From Asterionella formosa (lineage: Eukaryota), in contig NKIB01014023.1 in NCBI GenBank assembly GCA_002256025.1, positions 1 through 48,225 of the forward strand: 48,225 bases of DNA, in the 5' to 3' direction. A program made the position numbers and the translations under genes. Shown here in pieces: positions 25,030 through 37,398 of the stretch. The notes under the pieces are model-generated. The model was not told the DNA's origin. It saw nothing but the letters and a program-made list of their open reading frames with translations, and did not search any database. Every line of letters begins with the position of its first letter. Positions within the stretch are counted from its first letter, which is position 1.

Positions 25030-26817
25030 CTATGCTTTATAATTGAGTGGCGATTTTCTCTGTACTTCAGCAAGCAGCACCAGTAAGACAGCAGCATCTA
25101 GACCGGCATAATCAAGCTGTGCTTGACAAAGTGGCCGGGAGGCCCAGTCAGAGCATTGTTCATCTTTGGAAAGGAGTTTTTTTTTTGAAATGAAATGAGA
25201 AGCACAGTGGTGAAGACTTGGTGGAGTTGATCGATTTGACATTTCATGCATGACAAGTTCTTGGAGATCGAGACATCTTTCTAGTTTGATCCTTTGTTCT
25301 ACAAAGGAACTGAGCTTGTCAGCATCATTTCCAAATGCAAATACTAGTATGATACAGCTTTCAAAAAGATAGACAATGAGGGCAGTAAGTTTTTCAATGT
25401 AGTCCTCAACAAGCAAGTCCACCACCCATGTTTCAATTTGATTGTTGTCTGTTACAATTGCAATTTGCATGGTTGCAACCTCTGCTCGATTGTCAAAGGT
25501 AGTGTACCATTCAGTATCCATTGCAATGACCATGTCATCTCGTTCAGTGAGTTTAGATGTCAACTTGGCTAGCTGATCATGCGAATCGACCCAAATCGGA
25601 GGTTGTGACAAGGATAAGAATTGTTCAGAACTACGCATGTTTTCGAGTAGATTTGCATAAACTTCAGCAACCTCTCTCCGTGCCTCATCCCAAAAGTACG
25701 TTGAGAAATCAATGGGTTTCTTGATCCGCTTTTCACCCCTTTGTTGTTCCTTGTATGGTGCGGAGCTTGTTGGATAACATGTTTGATGATATAGCTTTTG
25801 AAGTAAATTCATTTCTCTCTTGGTTGTCCCATCACTGCTGGATGCAAATTGTACTACCATCTGAATTAACTCTGACTTGCTTGAATATTGTCGGAGATGG
25901 GCTGCAGCTTCTTGGATCCATGGCCTTCTCAGTTTTTCCCCAAGTCGAAGAATAATCAGCAAATCTTGTCCAGCGCTATTAGCATCTCCCCTCAAGTCGT
26001 CATTGTGTATGGCCTCAAATATTCTTGTCCAGGCATCCTGTATATCCCTGATGATTTCTTCAGAGTGCACTGGAGATCCCTTTTCTTTTCGTTGTTGCCT
26101 TGATTTCGGTTTCTGAATCTGTTCTCGCGCTACTTGTGGATTCTTCCTTAAAAAGTTACCCCTCCTCGATTGTTTCGTTGTTGGATTGACAGCAAACTCC
26201 GTCACAACATCTGTCGGCCTCAGTGGGCGCTCTAAAAAGCGTGGGTCCAAATCACCATACTCGAACCCATCCGAATGGCTTTCTCTGTAGTTTTGCCATT
26301 CCAAATGTGACTGTTGTTGTTCCGCTTTTTGAATGTTGTCAATAGTCTCTTCACCCACATCATGGCTTGATGCAATACTCAAGACTGACTGCCCCTTGTT
26401 GTTAACAATCTTCACATGAGCACCCCTTGCTAGGAGATATTCAATAACATCCTTCCGACTTGTGGTTGCTGCAAAAAAGATAGGTGTCTTGCCATAGCAA
26501 AATTTACCAGTAGCAATAGAATTGATATTACACCCAAACTGTAATAAATAGTCAATCGTTTCCATTTGTCCTTGCCAGGCAGCAATATGTAATGCTGACT
26601 TGCCGCAAGAATCGTCGGACGCCATTTGGTTCAATTCATCAACAATCCAACCTGTGTCTACCATTTGCTGAAGTTGTGCCAACACGTCCTTGCCTCCTGC
26701 TGCTCGACGAATTTGTGATGAAGTGGCTCGGAGTAATACTGCTCGTGCTCGTGCTTGAGGAGGAGGAGGGCACAGGATGCTATTATCACTATTAGTAGGA
26801 GTAGTAATAAGACTCAT
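25030..26817 (-). CDS. Ankyrin-repeat + DEDDy 3'-5' exonuclease (MUT-7/EXD3/WRN-exo-like), 595 aa from the first ATG
   Basis: Ankyrin repeats GKSALHIAAWQG, GKTPIFFAA and GQSVLSIA. ExoI IAMDTEW, ExoII FAFGND, ExoIII EQCSDWASRPLCQAQLDYAGLDA. Confidence 0.9.
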   Translation of the reverse strand: MSLITTPTNSDNSILCPPPPQARARAVLLRATSSQIRRAAGGKDVLAQLQQMVDTGWIVDELNQMASDDSCGKSALHIAAWQGQMETIDYLLQFGCNINSIATGKFCYGKTPIFFAATTSRKDVIEYLLARGAHVKIVNNKGQSVLSIASSHDVGEETIDNIQKAEQQQSHLEWQNYRESHSDGFEYGDLDPRFLERPLRPTDVVTEFAVNPTTKQSRRGNFLRKNPQVAREQIQKPKSRQQRKEKGSPVHSEEIIRDIQDAWTRIFEAIHNDDLRGDANSAGQDLLIILRLGEKLRRPWIQEAAAHLRQYSSKSELIQMVVQFASSSDGTTKREMNLLQKLYHQTCYPTSSAPYKEQQRGEKRIKKPIDFSTYFWDEARREVAEVYANLLENMRSSEQFLSLSQPPIWVDSHDQLAKLTSKLTERDDMVIAMDTEWYTTFDNRAEVATMQIAIVTDNNQIETWVVDLLVEDYIEKLTALIVYLFESCIILVFAFGNDADKLSSFVEQRIKLERCLDLQELVMHEMSNRSTPPSLHHCASHFISKKKLLSKDEQCSDWASRPLCQAQLDYAGLDAAVLLVLLAEVQRKSPLNYKA

Positions 26818-29589
26818 GGTGGAAATAATTGTTAGAATGATTGAAACAACCACGAGGAATGAGAACAGTGGTGTAAAGTGGCAAGGGACTAATTACGAGC
26901 ATGCCCATATTATGATTGGGCTTGCTTGCTTGTGCTGATGTTGTTGTTGATGAGTCGATGATTGTGAGCAAGGTGAGGAATCAAGATTCCCTGGTCCGGC
27001 CTAAGACATAAATACTCCTGAAGGCAATTCCCGCTCCAGCCATCGTCTTGCCATTCGGATACTTATAAGTAATTTTTAGGCTCTAAGTAAGTTGTTAAGT
27101 AATTTTTATTTAGGGGCAATATGGGGCACATCGAATTTTTCGGCATAAAAATTACCGATTTTAGCGTGACAGCCAGAATTACGGTAAAATACATAGAAAT
27201 GGTACAACAAGCGAACAACACACGAGAATGATTGTAACATGCAACATGAATGAAAATTGAACATGATGTTTGGAACATACCAAGTATGAAATGCGATGTA
27301 AAAAGTAGCATCCAATGAGAAATAGAAAATATTGTTTTGGGTTAGAAATGAAGTAAAAAATAGGAGTTTGCTTCAATGGAGATGTATGCATTGTGACATT
27401 GTAATACTTACACAGGCAATTGACTTTCCATCACCACACAATCAAAGACCGAAATAAGAAGAAAAAAGCTGAACCCAATTGAGATCTGCATCGTGATGTA
27501 GCGTAGATGATCTGTTTGCTGCAACCATGAACATCGCTGTAGTAGTCTGACACAAGTTGCAGTCCTTCCGCCCACAGTCATTCCTCCCACCAAGAAACAA
27601 CCCTGATCATCATTCCATTAAATCCATTCTGATTGAGTATGATTGCCAGGCTGCCGCTCCAGCACTTTCGACTCCCTCTAGCTGAATAGAGTATATAAAA
27701 TGGTTTCCTTAAGTAGACCCCTTGCCAATTTCGGCAATCCCAGGGCTGGAAAACCGAGGGGCAATTGGCACAAATTGTATTGCCAAAATGCGAATATACG
27801 AAATATACAAAATATATTTTAATGATGGGCAATATCAGACCCATTGCAAATTTCGATGTGAAGATAGGAAATATTCACAATATATTTTATATGATGGGCT
27901 AGTGAGGAGCTAAAATTGACATTTACACTTGATGAGTGGATAGTAGCTAGGTAAGCGAATGGTGCTATGATAGCTAGTTTGTGAATTGCCTCAAGAACAA
28001 TACCCTTCTCAGTGGCTACATGCCTTCTCGTACACATGTGTACTTGGCTGGGATGGCACTTTTAGGGTGACCTTCTCGCATCACCGGGGGCGCCACTTGT
28101 ATGATCAACCTACTTGCGCCACCCAGCCTCGAACACATGTATGTATACTCGCAGGCATGAGACCACCTTGGGCGTGTATTGCCTTCAGCAATAATTCCCA
28201 CTCCATCAGCTATCATGTGTCTTGTCACTCGGCCACCTCTTATTCACGCCCTGAATTTCAGGTAAATCGACACCTAAACAATGGTAGGTCCAAAATGTAG
28301 ACACAAGAATGACTTCTACCTCGGGTGGACCACACCCAACCATACCTACGACAGAAAGTACTGATAATACGTTGCAGGAGGACAAAAATTATTGTTACTA
28401 TGTATGATGCACACAATCAATTACGACTCACTATCACATAATTTCAACCTCAACCAAATGGTTCATGAATAATTAATAGCTAGCTATAAGTAGTGTCAGT
28501 TCTACTTGTTCTGTTGAAAATTGTTGAAAACATTCAACAATGGCATGATTATTCGCTTGGATGCTTGAATCAAATTATTTCCCTTGTTCATTTCAATAAC
28601 TACTAGTAGCAATAATCAAAATTTCAAAATCAGAACTTCGATGTTAACATTGTAATGTAGTAGATTTATCCATACTGCTAGCTAGTTTGAATAATCTTGC
28701 ACATTGTGAGTTTAGCTTTGTGCACTCCTTGCATCGCTCATCAAGCCTCAATGATAGGCTTATGGAGTTCAATCATCTCTTAAATCATTCAAAGATATTG
28801 TGTGAATTTTTAACCTCCCAACTTCTTTATCAGCTTGCAACAAATGGTACACCCTCAGTGACAAATTTGCATGATATGGTGATAGAGAATCCAGAAAGCT
28901 TGATTCAATTCAACAATCAAAATGCGCCAGAGTTTAAAAACTTGACGTCGGTAATAACAGACGAACACATTTAAAGGGTTTTTCTGAAAAAGGGAACAAG
29001 GTGGTTGATCATCGATGATAGCTGGCAATCATTTGGGCTTGAATTGGCGACGAAAACGGAGAAGTATGACTCTATACTAGGCATGGATGGTAAACAGAAT
29101 AAATAAATAAATCGACTACATAAACAAACGATCATTTTCATGCTGTTCGCAATACCAACATGCAACTGTCACAACATACTACAACCCAAAGTTCACTTAC
29201 AATTTTGCTGTATGCTAGCTAGTATTTCAGAGATTGAGGAGACACCATGGACTTCGGTTAATTGCTGTGATAAGCGATCGTCGCTTCATACAAATGAGCA
29301 CCGCCGTAGCAATGACAAAAAAGATGAGCTTGACAAACTGTAGACCAATCATATGGTTTTGCAATAATTAGTGACAAGGATAACAAAAAGTCTATGCCAA
29401 CAAGATTCTATCACACACCGGCATATACTGACATGTATGTATGACATCCATCAGGGTACCAGAAACCAGCATTACAATCCATGTGTAATATCATGAGTCA
29501 CATCGCTCATCCAGTATTATTCTCTATTTTTATCCTTTGGTACATCAATCTCCATGTCCGGCCTCCTATATACAGGTAGAACCATTATA

Positions 29590-29612
29590 CCTGCAAGTTG
29601 CGGTCATTTTGC
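29590..29612. mobile_element. Orphan TIR TA|CCTGCAAGTTGCGGTCATTTTGC
   Basis: Matches the arms of the MITE at 45588..45682 and is preceded by TA. Confidence 0.6.
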
Positions 29613-30138
29613 CGAAACTGGAACGCGGCGCCAGCAGGCACTCAAATTATCCAATAAAATATCGGCAGGGACTGGGAATGAAAAAGCAGACAATTGGGAA
29701 GGAGATAATTCGGAATCTGTACTAAAATGATCATTGGCAATATGTTCTCTGGTGGCAGAAAGTTGCTTTGATAGTAGGCAAGGAGACTTCCTTGCTGACA
29801 ATTCAGGAGTAAAGTTCAGATACTGCTTTGATTGTTTGGATGACTTTTTGTTGTAACCCATCATTTCTCGAAGGTCAAGAGTCTTTAACCAACTCTTAAG
29901 GAGTGAAGTAGTAATTGCCTTGGTTTTGTTTCTGTATCTGGCGACTTTAGAACACAAATACACCAATATAATTGTAGGGGTATCTGTTGGATGAGCATGT
30001 CTTTTATCATTGTCAATCGTCCCTTGCTGTCAATGAAAAAACCAGCAGGAGCGGTGCTTGCCACCGCTAATCATCCAGTTTTGTTGGTGCAGAGTAACTT
30101 CATTGTCTGAAGAATCAAATGATGCCATGATGATAAGT

Positions 30139-30153
30139 AGCAGCAGCAGCAGC

Positions 30154-30206
<53 letters not shown>

Positions 30207-30254
30207 AAACAACAACAACAACAACAAAAAAAACAAAAAAAAAAAAAAAAAAAA

Positions 30255-30300
<46 letters not shown>
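30139..30300 (+). repeat. Compound microsatellite (AGC)n-(AAC)n grading into poly(A)
   Basis: Directly visible. Confidence 0.95.
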
Positions 30301-30304
<4 letters not shown>

Positions 30305-30724
30305 TGGTCTTTGTTGATTAAGTTAATTACATGATGTAAGCTAAATTTATAAAATTATTGTTGCTCAACACTGTATCTGCAGCAATACACCCAGATACAC
30401 ATTTCAGAGCAACAAAAAATGTGTTGCTGGAAGCAACATACCACCTGGATGTGTTGGATTTAAAAAATGGGCTGAGTGACATAAATTTTAATTTTTTTTC
30501 TCTGTTAAGACATGCCCTGAACCTTGGTATAAAAATAATGCATTATAATAAGAACAACATTTCCATAGATCTAGTAAGAGTGAAGGATTGACTTGTCCTA
30601 TCAACAACCAATCACCTTCAACCAGTTCCTGCATAAAAATTGTTCCTGATATTCATATGTTATGCACCACTAAAATACTTGCCACATATGCAACAGGGTT
30701 TTGTTTCTTGATCACCATTACCTC

Positions 30725-32446
30725 TTAAAAATTTAATTTGGATTGTTTCTTGACTTTTTTCTTGGCCGGTTCAGCTTCATTTTCCTCAGCCTTTTTAGTT
30801 TTACTAGAATCACCATTATGATCTGCATATGCCTTGGCCATTTTTGCCATGTTATCCTTTGACACAGTCCCATGATCTACCATTGGTTTAGGGTAATCCA
30901 TTCCAATTCGAATCCCAGCAGTTTGCTGTACAGCCATTGGAGCTGTCCATGGTTCGTAAATGTACTTGTCAGGCAACTTGGCCAGCACTGGTAAATACTT
31001 TCTAATGTATGCTCCACTTGGGTCATTCTTTTTCTGGAATGCCACTGGCGAATAACATCGAAAGTACTGATAAAAGAATCCACTACAAGACAACCACAAC
31101 CAATTGAATCCATTCAAGGCATAGTCAGCATCCAATAAATGAGACTCAAAGTGCTCCGCACCAGCTTCCCAAGACTGCCACAAATCACCGCGAGTTAAAA
31201 AGCAAGCTACTGCATGGCGACCCAAGTGATGAATCCACCCCTCTTGACGAAGTTGTATCATACAAGCATCGATCCACGGGAAGCCTGTTTCACCGTTCTT
31301 CCACTTATTAAGTTTTTCGTTGTTCTTATCCCATGCCACCTGCCGACAAAACATGTTTCCCTCCATCCGACCCCATGATCCAGGTTGGTTGACATTGGCC
31401 AAATGTGCCATGAGGTGATTGAAATCCCGCCACATGAGTTGTCCATGTAAACTTACAGGTGGTTTTGTTTGAGGTGCATTGGTTCTAGCACATGCTTCTT
31501 CAATGGCGAACCATACTTGTCGTGGTGACAAACACCCAATTGACAAATACGGTGATATTGTTGTTGTAGATGGAGTTACTGCCGTGCATGAGGTGGTTGG
31601 CTTCTGAAAGGATGCTACATAGGACGGACGGTCTGTGATGCTCCTTTGCAACTGAACCAGGGCAAGCGTCTCACCTCCATGTACCAAGGGCGTCAAGTGA
31701 ACGCAATCGGTAGGTCCCCATTTAGGAGTTACATTTTGTTTCGGAACAGATCTCGGCCATGGCAAGTCAAGAGGTGACGTTGGTGGGCAATAGCTAGTAA
31801 TATTATGTGATTGCTGCTTTGGAAAGTCGCCTTTTTGAGGAGCTAGTTTAGGTGCTTGCAGCGGAGGCATTTTGCTTAAAAGAGTTGTAAAAGCTCCCAT
31901 GTTGGTGGGTGGCTTTGATCCAGACTTGATCAGGTAACTCTTCAATGGATGCAGCGTTTCCTGACAAAAGGATTCCACTCGTACATTCTCTTCCTTGGCT
32001 AGTTTCAGTATCATGGCATCTCGTTGCAATGTATACGGTTCTCCAGTTTCGTCGTTTTCGTAATAGAGGTGCGTGATGCCCCATGTTCTCCATAGCTTTG
32101 GCAATTGTATCGTTGGGTCTCCCCGACACACATACAATTTGCTTCCAACAGCTTGTAGTCGAACATCCAGATCAAGGAGGCATTCCACTAGAAAGTTGGC
32201 TCGAAGTGGAGTGCACAACTTTGAGGAATACGATTCCCCGTCCATGACATAGACTGGATAACACAACGAGGCGTTGTGGATGGCTGCCAAAAGAGCAGGG
32301 TTATCCGTCAATCGAAGGCCCTTCCGGAACCAATGCATGGATACTTTCGTTGTCGTAGATGTTGTTCTTGTTGTCATTATATCGAGGGCTGTGAGATGCT
32401 TAAATAATAAAAGTAGTACCGCAAGGTGAAACAGCAATCTTGTCAT
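30725..32446 (-). CDS. Cryptochrome/(6-4) photolyase, CPF1-like, 573 aa
   Basis: HWFRKGLRLTDNPAL, GGETLAL, SPYLSIGCLS, SLHGQLMWRDF, GETGFPWIDA, GWIHHLGRHAVACFLTRGDLW, LLDADYALN.FNWLWLS. Intronless. Confidence 0.95.
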   Translation of the reverse strand: MTRLLFHLAVLLLLFKHLTALDIMTTRTTSTTTKVSMHWFRKGLRLTDNPALLAAIHNASLCYPVYVMDGESYSSKLCTPLRANFLVECLLDLDVRLQAVGSKLYVCRGDPTIQLPKLWRTWGITHLYYENDETGEPYTLQRDAMILKLAKEENVRVESFCQETLHPLKSYLIKSGSKPPTNMGAFTTLLSKMPPLQAPKLAPQKGDFPKQQSHNITSYCPPTSPLDLPWPRSVPKQNVTPKWGPTDCVHLTPLVHGGETLALVQLQRSITDRPSYVASFQKPTTSCTAVTPSTTTISPYLSIGCLSPRQVWFAIEEACARTNAPQTKPPVSLHGQLMWRDFNHLMAHLANVNQPGSWGRMEGNMFCRQVAWDKNNEKLNKWKNGETGFPWIDACMIQLRQEGWIHHLGRHAVACFLTRGDLWQSWEAGAEHFESHLLDADYALNGFNWLWLSCSGFFYQYFRCYSPVAFQKKNDPSGAYIRKYLPVLAKLPDKYIYEPWTAPMAVQQTAGIRIGMDYPKPMVDHGTVSKDNMAKMAKAYADHNGDSSKTKKAEENEAEPAKKKVKKQSKLNF

Positions 32447-33226
32447 TCGAGGAAACGATAGTCATGATAAAGGGTGGAGACAGAAGCCATTTCTGCTGTT
32501 GACTCATCATCGCATGTGTTCCGCATGATCATGATATATATTTGTGTATGAGCAATTCTGAACTTGACACATGGATCAGTCCTCGTGATGGATGGAAAAC
32601 TTGCCCTGGTATGTCGTCAACGGGAACGTCATGTAGGACAATGGTTATTTAAGGAATTTCTTATTTTCATTCTTCACTTTTCCCTTTACCGGTACCTGTA
32701 GTCGAATTTTTCAACTTTTCACGACCCCCTTCCTTTGATGGAAGAACCGCTGAAGTTGGTGGTACCTTTAAGGTGGCTTGCGTGCTTTGTTGCAGCAAAT
32801 TGATAGGTCCATTATTGTTGCTCTTGCTAATGATAACAAGCCATACAGCTACTGTTTTAAATCAAGAAGCAGTAGATGCATTGATTTAAGCAACACTTTA
32901 ATTAATGTCTATATTTGAATATATAGAGTGTATCATTTGTCCTCCTAAGGAATAGTGACATCAGAGGATTGTTGGATATGGCTGGCTGGACAGCTCATGG
33001 GACAGCAAGCAAATTTGCTTCCAAGTGTATCAACCTACACGTAACAGCCTCCTTCCCATGCAGGCAGCAATCCCAAATCCCTTCAGTCTCTAAACATGAT
33101 GATGGAACAAAGATACACCCACGACTAAATTGTTGAAACCACTGTTCGTGTTTCAACACCTCTGTGCCCATCAAGAAGCAACAGATCTGGTGTGAGCGAA
33201 ACAGAGACAGGGTGGTAGAAAATACT

Positions 33227-33451
33227 TGTAAACCAGAGAATTAAAATAGAATGAGCTTTTTCATGGTGAGTAATGTGCTAATCGTATTTTTCTTGACACA
33301 AGTCTTGTTCGTGATTCCGGTGACATCATTCTTCTTCTTTTTGGTCTAACTGTGATCCAGTCGTCATCATTTCCTGATCCTTTTGTCTCATTGCATAATT
33401 CTTTTGATTTGGCATCTGATTTGTTTGTCTTGCCATCTGCTACATCCAACA
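33227..33451 (-). mobile_element. Probable 3' LTR of the Copia element (TGTTGG...TTTACA on -)
   Basis: TG...CA bounded, 225 bp, and follows purine-rich GCAGGAGTG directly after the RNase H region. Confidence 0.55.
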
Positions 33452-35410
33452 CACTCCTGCAATCCTTCATGGCCAAGTGGTACTAGTCCATGGACGGATT
33501 GATATTCATGACGGTGTTCCGCATTTTTTTAAACCACCAGCAGCCACCTTGTAGTGCTTTGGTAAAATAATCAGCCACCATCTCTTCATGTCATTCACGA
33601 AAAAATACCGTATGTTAATGTGCCTTGTTTGGCTGCTGCTTGATGCTCGTCCATTATTTTCCAGAAGCATTGCACTCAATCCTTAACATCATATCCCTGT
33701 GCTTCCAGGAAATATCATGTCCACAAAATCTGTGGCACAACATCATTTACACCAACTAGCTTCATACCTCCACCAAGTGTCGCTCATTGCACCTCCAGTG
33801 TGACTTTTGATGTGTCTACCCATCACTTGATGACATGGACATCTTCAGCTTCCAAAATGAGAGGCATGTATAATTATCCCCGCAGATATTTCATTGTCCG
33901 ACATAACTTTTTATAGTCATCAGCATCAGGGCATTTTACTCTTGTCTGTGCATGGAAATGCTATGGCTGTTTGCAGGTCTGGCTTGCCCTTTTGCATAAA
34001 AATAGCAGTTTTGCTGCATTATGATGACAAAGGTTGGCAGCATCAGTGGAGAGCTTCTTGGCAGCCTCATTAACCTCAAACAGATGTGATGCTGCAGGTG
34101 TTGGTGCTATACCATCCATTTCCTCAGGTAATTCTTCTAACATTTCCTTTATGTAGTCCACCATAGTAGTGAACTTTACCTTTCCGATTTCATTGAAATC
34201 AATTGTCATTGCTTCCTCAGTAGTATTGATGAACTTTTCCTCGTGTTTTTGTCAATGGTACTTCTTTCCCAAACAGGCTCTCAAGTTTCTCTTTGACGTT
34301 ATTGACCACATCTGGGTCAATATGTGATATTTTTAGGTCATCCACATACCACAATATTGTGCATTGTTTCTCATCCACCACTTTGTTCATTACACAACTA
34401 TCATATGGATTCATGATGAATCCCCATCTGTGCAATTGCGAGCTAAGCTTCTTCCAGAAGATTAGTGCTGCTTTCAGTGTACCATTTAATGCCTTTTTAA
34501 GCTCCACATATAAAACTGTTTTCCCTCACTCCACTTGTACATGTTGCCTGAATAGTCTTGGGTCAATTTGAACCATTAAATTTACCATTTTTCCTTCAAG
34601 TTTCATGTGTACTAGGTCCTCCATATCGTCAGCCTGCATAAAAGCGCCAGGGATTTCAACTGTGACCACATCAGGTTCCTCCTCCTTTGCATCTATGACA
34701 CACCAGGACAACAAAACTGATTCAAACACAACCATTCTTGGTGAGCTTGCCTCTTCCTTGGTTGTATACTCACTGTGATGTTATGGTATCAGCTCATGAT
34801 GGATCCAGGGATGTTTGCGTGTTGTGCCTGTACTGGTGGCGGGTATAGACCCACAATGAATGGTTTTCACTTTTATGGATCCAACATCTGGTTGTCGAAA
34901 GATATGCTCTGTGGCCACAATATCGTCGCTCCTTAGTGATAGGACAGTTGGCTAGTAAGTTGTTCTCGACGGTTTTGATAAAAGCTTGAGTACTTGGTCG
35001 TCCAATGATCTTCTGTATTTTGCGAACTTATAAGGCCTTGGAATAGTTGTGCTGAAAGTATTTAACACGGTTGTCTTCTACCATATTAATTAATGTTGCT
35101 CCAATTTCATTCTCATGATTTTTTATATCCATGCAGTACCGTCCTTCGTCTGATTCATTGATCACTTGCTCAGTTCCATCTGATTTGTGTACATGCAATC
35201 TGACTGTCATAGGTAACTCGATATCCATGTTCCTTCATACGGGTCAATGACAAAATATTTGCGATCCCATTTGCATTATACCTGCTAACAGTTCCATATC
35301 CAGGGAGTTTGCCAATTAGCCTGGTCGTGACAATTCGCTCCTGCGTTGCAGTGAATGTCTGACTGATTTTGGTGCATTAGAATGTTAATGAGCAGTTCCT
35401 TGTTGTAGAA
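33452..35410 (-). mobile_element. Degenerate, internally deleted Ty1/Copia (CoDi-like) pol
   Basis: RT motifs IPGAFMQAD, LKKALNGTLKAA, NPYDSCV, WYVDDLKISH; RNase H motifs HINIRYFF, MVADYFTKALQG; protease-region FYNKELLINI cut at 35410. Confidence 0.9.
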
Positions 35411-35646
35411 TGTCTGCAAATAAAAACCATCATATTCCTATGATGCATCATAGGATTATGATCATCTGATCATAATTTTTCGTTATATCATCTAATAATT
35501 TTGATAAATGCCCTCGTAATTTAAACTGTAACCCTTTTGACTATGGAAATTTAATTATTATATGTATTGTTACTTTTAGGTTCCTTTATCTAAATTTCTT
35601 GGTAGGATAATGTAACAGTTAAAGTAAGAATGTGGTTTGGCTCATC
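35411..35646. mobile_element. DNA transposon terminus (end type A, TGTCTGCAAATAAAAA...) inserted into Copia
   Basis: Reverse-complement copy of 1..233 with an abrupt junction to Copia coding sequence. Confidence 0.85.
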
Positions 35647-36186
35647 ATCCTCTCCAGCCCTCACTCTGATTTTTGCAACAATGACAAAGCAGCCATGTCG
35701 AGAGGAACAAGGCAGAGTTTGTGATAAAATCTTCATTTGTCGTTCAAGTCATCATATGTCTTTGATGAATCATCATCTACAGTGCACACTAGCTATGTTC
35801 GTATGCAATCCGTTAAGAGCTTGAAAAGAAATCCAATGAAAACGAAATCGCTCATCACACATGACGAAAATTTCCAGCTGGTCTGTCACCGGAGCATTGA
35901 TCAGTGTTACAACCTCAATCATAGCTTAACAACATCCATTCTTATAGACAGCAAAATCTAATTCTCTGTACTAACCTTGTCTCTCTAGTAACAAGAACGT
36001 AATATAGCTAGAATTGAAACGCAGCATAGTAGCAGGCGATATGCACAAAGAAGCATGAGACTGTCTATGTATAGTAACAGAGTGATTCTGGTTTCGGAAA
36101 TTTCATGTCTCATCTGATTTCCTTTGTCATCGTACCACTAGTTCCCTACCTTTGACAACAGGAGCATATTCTTTGATGTATCTGGA

Positions 36187-36420
36187 ATGCTTCAATGGAT
36201 GGCAGCAGTTGGATTTAGACACAAACCTCGACAAAAGCACTACTTTGTAGATGTTCATATAAAGCCAGACATTTGGGCCTATCAACAACCAGCCAGTCTA
36301 TACTGCAAAAAGCAAGAAGCACAAGTTGAATGCAAATTTATGGATTCAATTTCAGTAGTGCAACAATGTACAATATTAGAAACCGGAAGTCGCATTTCAT
36401 CTGATTACGGTTTTCATTAG
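36187..36420 (+). pseudogene. Fragment of a Tc1/mariner/IS630-like transposase
   Basis: WMAAVGFRHKPRQKHYFVDVHIKPD is homologous to WMHDVGFSYQKLAKHYFMDGHERPE at ~46615..46690. Confidence 0.6.
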
Positions 36421-37398
36421 CTATACTAGTATTGATTGAGAGGAAGCAATGGTAGAATGGCTGCCAAACGGGCGGGGGCAAACACGCACAGAGAAGCCTA
36501 CTAATTTTTCTCCCGAATGATCCCAGTCCCTTCTTGGATGTCACTTGTTACAGAAAATGGAGAACAGCCGCCATGATCTGTTGATTGTTGCTTTATGGTG
36601 CCACTGACAAAAACCTCCAGATTTCTCAATGAGTTGCATGTTTCTTGACTTGAATGCAAAAGGGATCAAAACCAGTGGAAAAATCAAAAGGGAACTAAAA
36701 ATACTCTGCAAGCATCAGGACAAGAATGTGAAAGAGAAATGAAGGTTCTTTGGAGGAGAAATAAGGGGATAATTGCTTCGACTTCACATGCATTAATGCC
36801 ACTCTTCACGTAAAAAGATTACTTTTAACGGTTTCAGCCATGTAAATTTTTCACAATGAATTTTGAACGTGAGACTGAATAAGTTGATGTTTCAAATAAT
36901 TCATTTGAAAGTTCAACTAAGATCCTGCTCTTGAGGCTAATTCATTCACGACATGCAGTTTACTTAATGAAATAGTAAGGATGTTTGTGGTGTCTAATGT
37001 CATCCATCTGAGATCAAAGTTTTACGGTTGTACACATCACATAACGAACTCACACTTTCCGGTAAAAATGCTCGCTCTTCCCTGTTTTCATGTAATGTAG
37101 GTTACTACCAGTACTACTAGGTAACTGTACTACTAGCTAGTAGTAGGCAACCCAATATTTTTACGTTATTATTATTACTCAAAATCAACACTGGTGGAGT
37201 TATGTCTACTGACGAGGATGGTAGTATTGTTTGCCAAATATTTGCCGAACAAGGTCCATTCCAGTAACCAATCCAGAAGCCTAAAGCACATTAGAGACTG
37301 ATACTGATACTGATACTGATACTTGCTAAGCAAGCTTTAGCTACCGGTAATTCTTATTTTTCTCTCGCCAAAACAGCACTGCAACGACAACAAATATC

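Noticed and set aside
22108..27742. hAT-like inverted ends (TAGGGTTGCCGAAATT / AATTTCGGCAATCCCA) capturing the exonuclease gene
   Set aside because: The match is short and imperfect with no target-site duplication; independent relics are more likely.
28687..29343. Short ORFs of possible TE origin
   Set aside because: No coherent motif in any frame.
30030..30321. Poly-N/K and poly-L/F ORFs
   Set aside because: Artefacts of the microsatellite.
32962..33163. Solo LTR (TGTTG...CAACA)
   Set aside because: No direct TSD; the flanks are inverted instead (CAGAGG/CCTCTG). Too weak to classify.
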